Assembly (NCBI GenBank): GCA_045634305.1
Contig: JAZQZZ010000039.1
Location: 3,818-67,817 of the forward strand
Source of the DNA: Bacteroidaceae bacterium
GTDB taxonomy: Bacteria > Bacteroidota > Bacteroidia > Bacteroidales > Bacteroidaceae
DNA: 64,000 bases
Direction: 5' to 3'
The position numbers and the translations under genes are program-made. The notes beneath the pieces are model-generated. The model saw only the letters and a program-made list of their open reading frames with translations. It was not told the DNA's origin and made no database searches. Numbering within the stretch: position 1 is the stretch's first letter; each line of letters begins with the position of its first letter. Shown in pieces: positions 63,008 to 64,000 of this stretch.

Positions 63008-63352
63008 AGTTTTATTTAAGTTTATATTATATTCTGCAATTATCTCGCGAAGATAGCAATTTTCAGGGAAAAAGTTTGACTAATTCGGCTGTTTATTGCA
63101 AAAACATTAAAATATAATGACAAATAAACGAGAATAATGGGTGTACTCAGCCATTTTTCAAAGCAAGAGCCTTTTTCTGACCGCGCGACGGAAGACCCCG
63201 AGAAGCTTGCCTTGCCTGGCGCGAAACGTTATCAATAAGCCCAAAATCAATCAAAATTTCATTATTTCGTTAATTTTGTGTATATTCGCAGATTAATTGA
63301 TACAACATCCTAAAACCGAACAACAGCAGAGCATACAGCTCATTGCAAGACT

Positions 63353-64000
63353 ATGGATTACAACGACGAATTTGACGAGAATATCAACGACGTGAACGCC
63401 GGCGAGAACACCGCTGCAAGCGCAGATGGTGAGACTGCCGAACATAGCCAGTACCACGAGACTGACGGCATTAGGCACAAGTTGACAGGCATGTACCGCA
63501 ACTGGTTCCTGGACTATGCCTCATACGTTATCCTTGAGCGCGCGGTACCACACCTTTACGACGGTTTGAAGCCTGTGCAGCGACGCATTCTGCACGCAAT
63601 GCGCGAACTCGACGACGGACGCTACAACAAGGTAGCGAACGTTGTGGGACACACCATGCAGTACCACCCGCACGGCGATGCATCTATTGCCGGTGCATTG
63701 GTGCAGATGGGACAGAAGGACTATCTCATTGACTGCCAGGGAAACTGGGGTAACATACTCACCGGTGACTCGGCTGCTGCACCCCGATACATAGAGGCAC
63801 GCCTGTCGCACTTTGCACACGATGTGGTGTTCAACCCCAAGACTACGGAGTGGAAACTGTCGTACGACGGCCGCAACAAGGAGCCAATCACCCTGCCTGT
63901 GAAATTCCCGTTGCTGTTGGTACATGGCGTCGAGGGTATTGCCGTGGGCCTGTCGTCAAAGATTCTGCCGCATAACTTCAACGAAGTGTGCGACGCAGCC
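63353..64000 (+). CDS. parC: DNA topoisomerase IV subunit A (type IIA A-subunit), 5' partial
   Basis: An open frame from the ATG at 63353 runs off the window (216 codons). Blocks WFLDYASYVILERAVPHLYDGLKPVQRRILHAM, GHTMQYHPHGDAS, QGNWGN and AAPRYIEARL. Not in the ORF track because no stop is reached. Confidence 0.8.
   Translation, partial: MDYNDEFDENINDVNAGENTAASADGETAEHSQYHETDGIRHKLTGMYRNWFLDYASYVILERAVPHLYDGLKPVQRRILHAMRELDDGRYNKVANVVGHTMQYHPHGDASIAGALVQMGQKDYLIDCQGNWGNILTGDSAAAPRYIEARLSHFAHDVVFNPKTTEWKLSYDGRNKEPITLPVKFPLLLVHGVEGIAVGLSSKILPHNFNEVCDAA

Overview
This 64-kb segment reads like a Bacteroidales chromosome, most likely Prevotellaceae. Supporting signs are TAnnTTTG-type promoters, a tmRNA with a ...NYALAA tag, and at least five secreted proteins ending in T9SS-type C-terminal sorting domains. 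Core content, left to right: (1) 0.2-11.5 kb holds two tandem M60-like (enhancin/mucinase-type) zinc peptidases and a discoidin-domain protein. (2) 12-23.3 kb holds an FNT-family channel, GH77 4-alpha-glucanotransferase, cell-wall amidase, MCE/MlaD protein, GHL10-like hydrolase and pyruvate:ferredoxin oxidoreductase NifJ. (3) 27.5-43.5 kb holds an APC permease, GH92 mannosidase, CPA2 antiporter, an outer-membrane barrel protein, YidC, a LamG-GH18 T9SS cargo and a UDG-family glycosylase. (4) 53.8-64 kb holds ZapA, RNase Y, an HD hydrolase, CcsA, MntP, tmRNA, an AraC regulator, FKBP, GlyRS and the 5' end of ParC. Three visibly AT-richer insertions interrupt this core. (i) 23.3-27.5 kb is an islet bounded by a diverged 93-bp direct repeat of the nifJ 3' end/terminator and filled with orphan Rhs-type toxin tips and immunity-like genes. 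(ii) 31.3-32.3 kb is a solitary TIR-DUF1566 gene. (iii) 43.5-52.8 kb is a tight five-gene operon: lipoprotein, exported vWA/MIDAS protein, bitopic membrane protein, 977-aa tubulin/FtsZ-like GTPase, and 1167-aa membrane-anchored papain-like cysteine protease. Operon (iii) matches no named system I know. It is my top candidate for a novel conflict/defence or membrane-remodelling system. I recognised no rRNA, tRNA, CRISPR array, integrase or transposase. All family calls come from motifs read by eye; no database search was possible.
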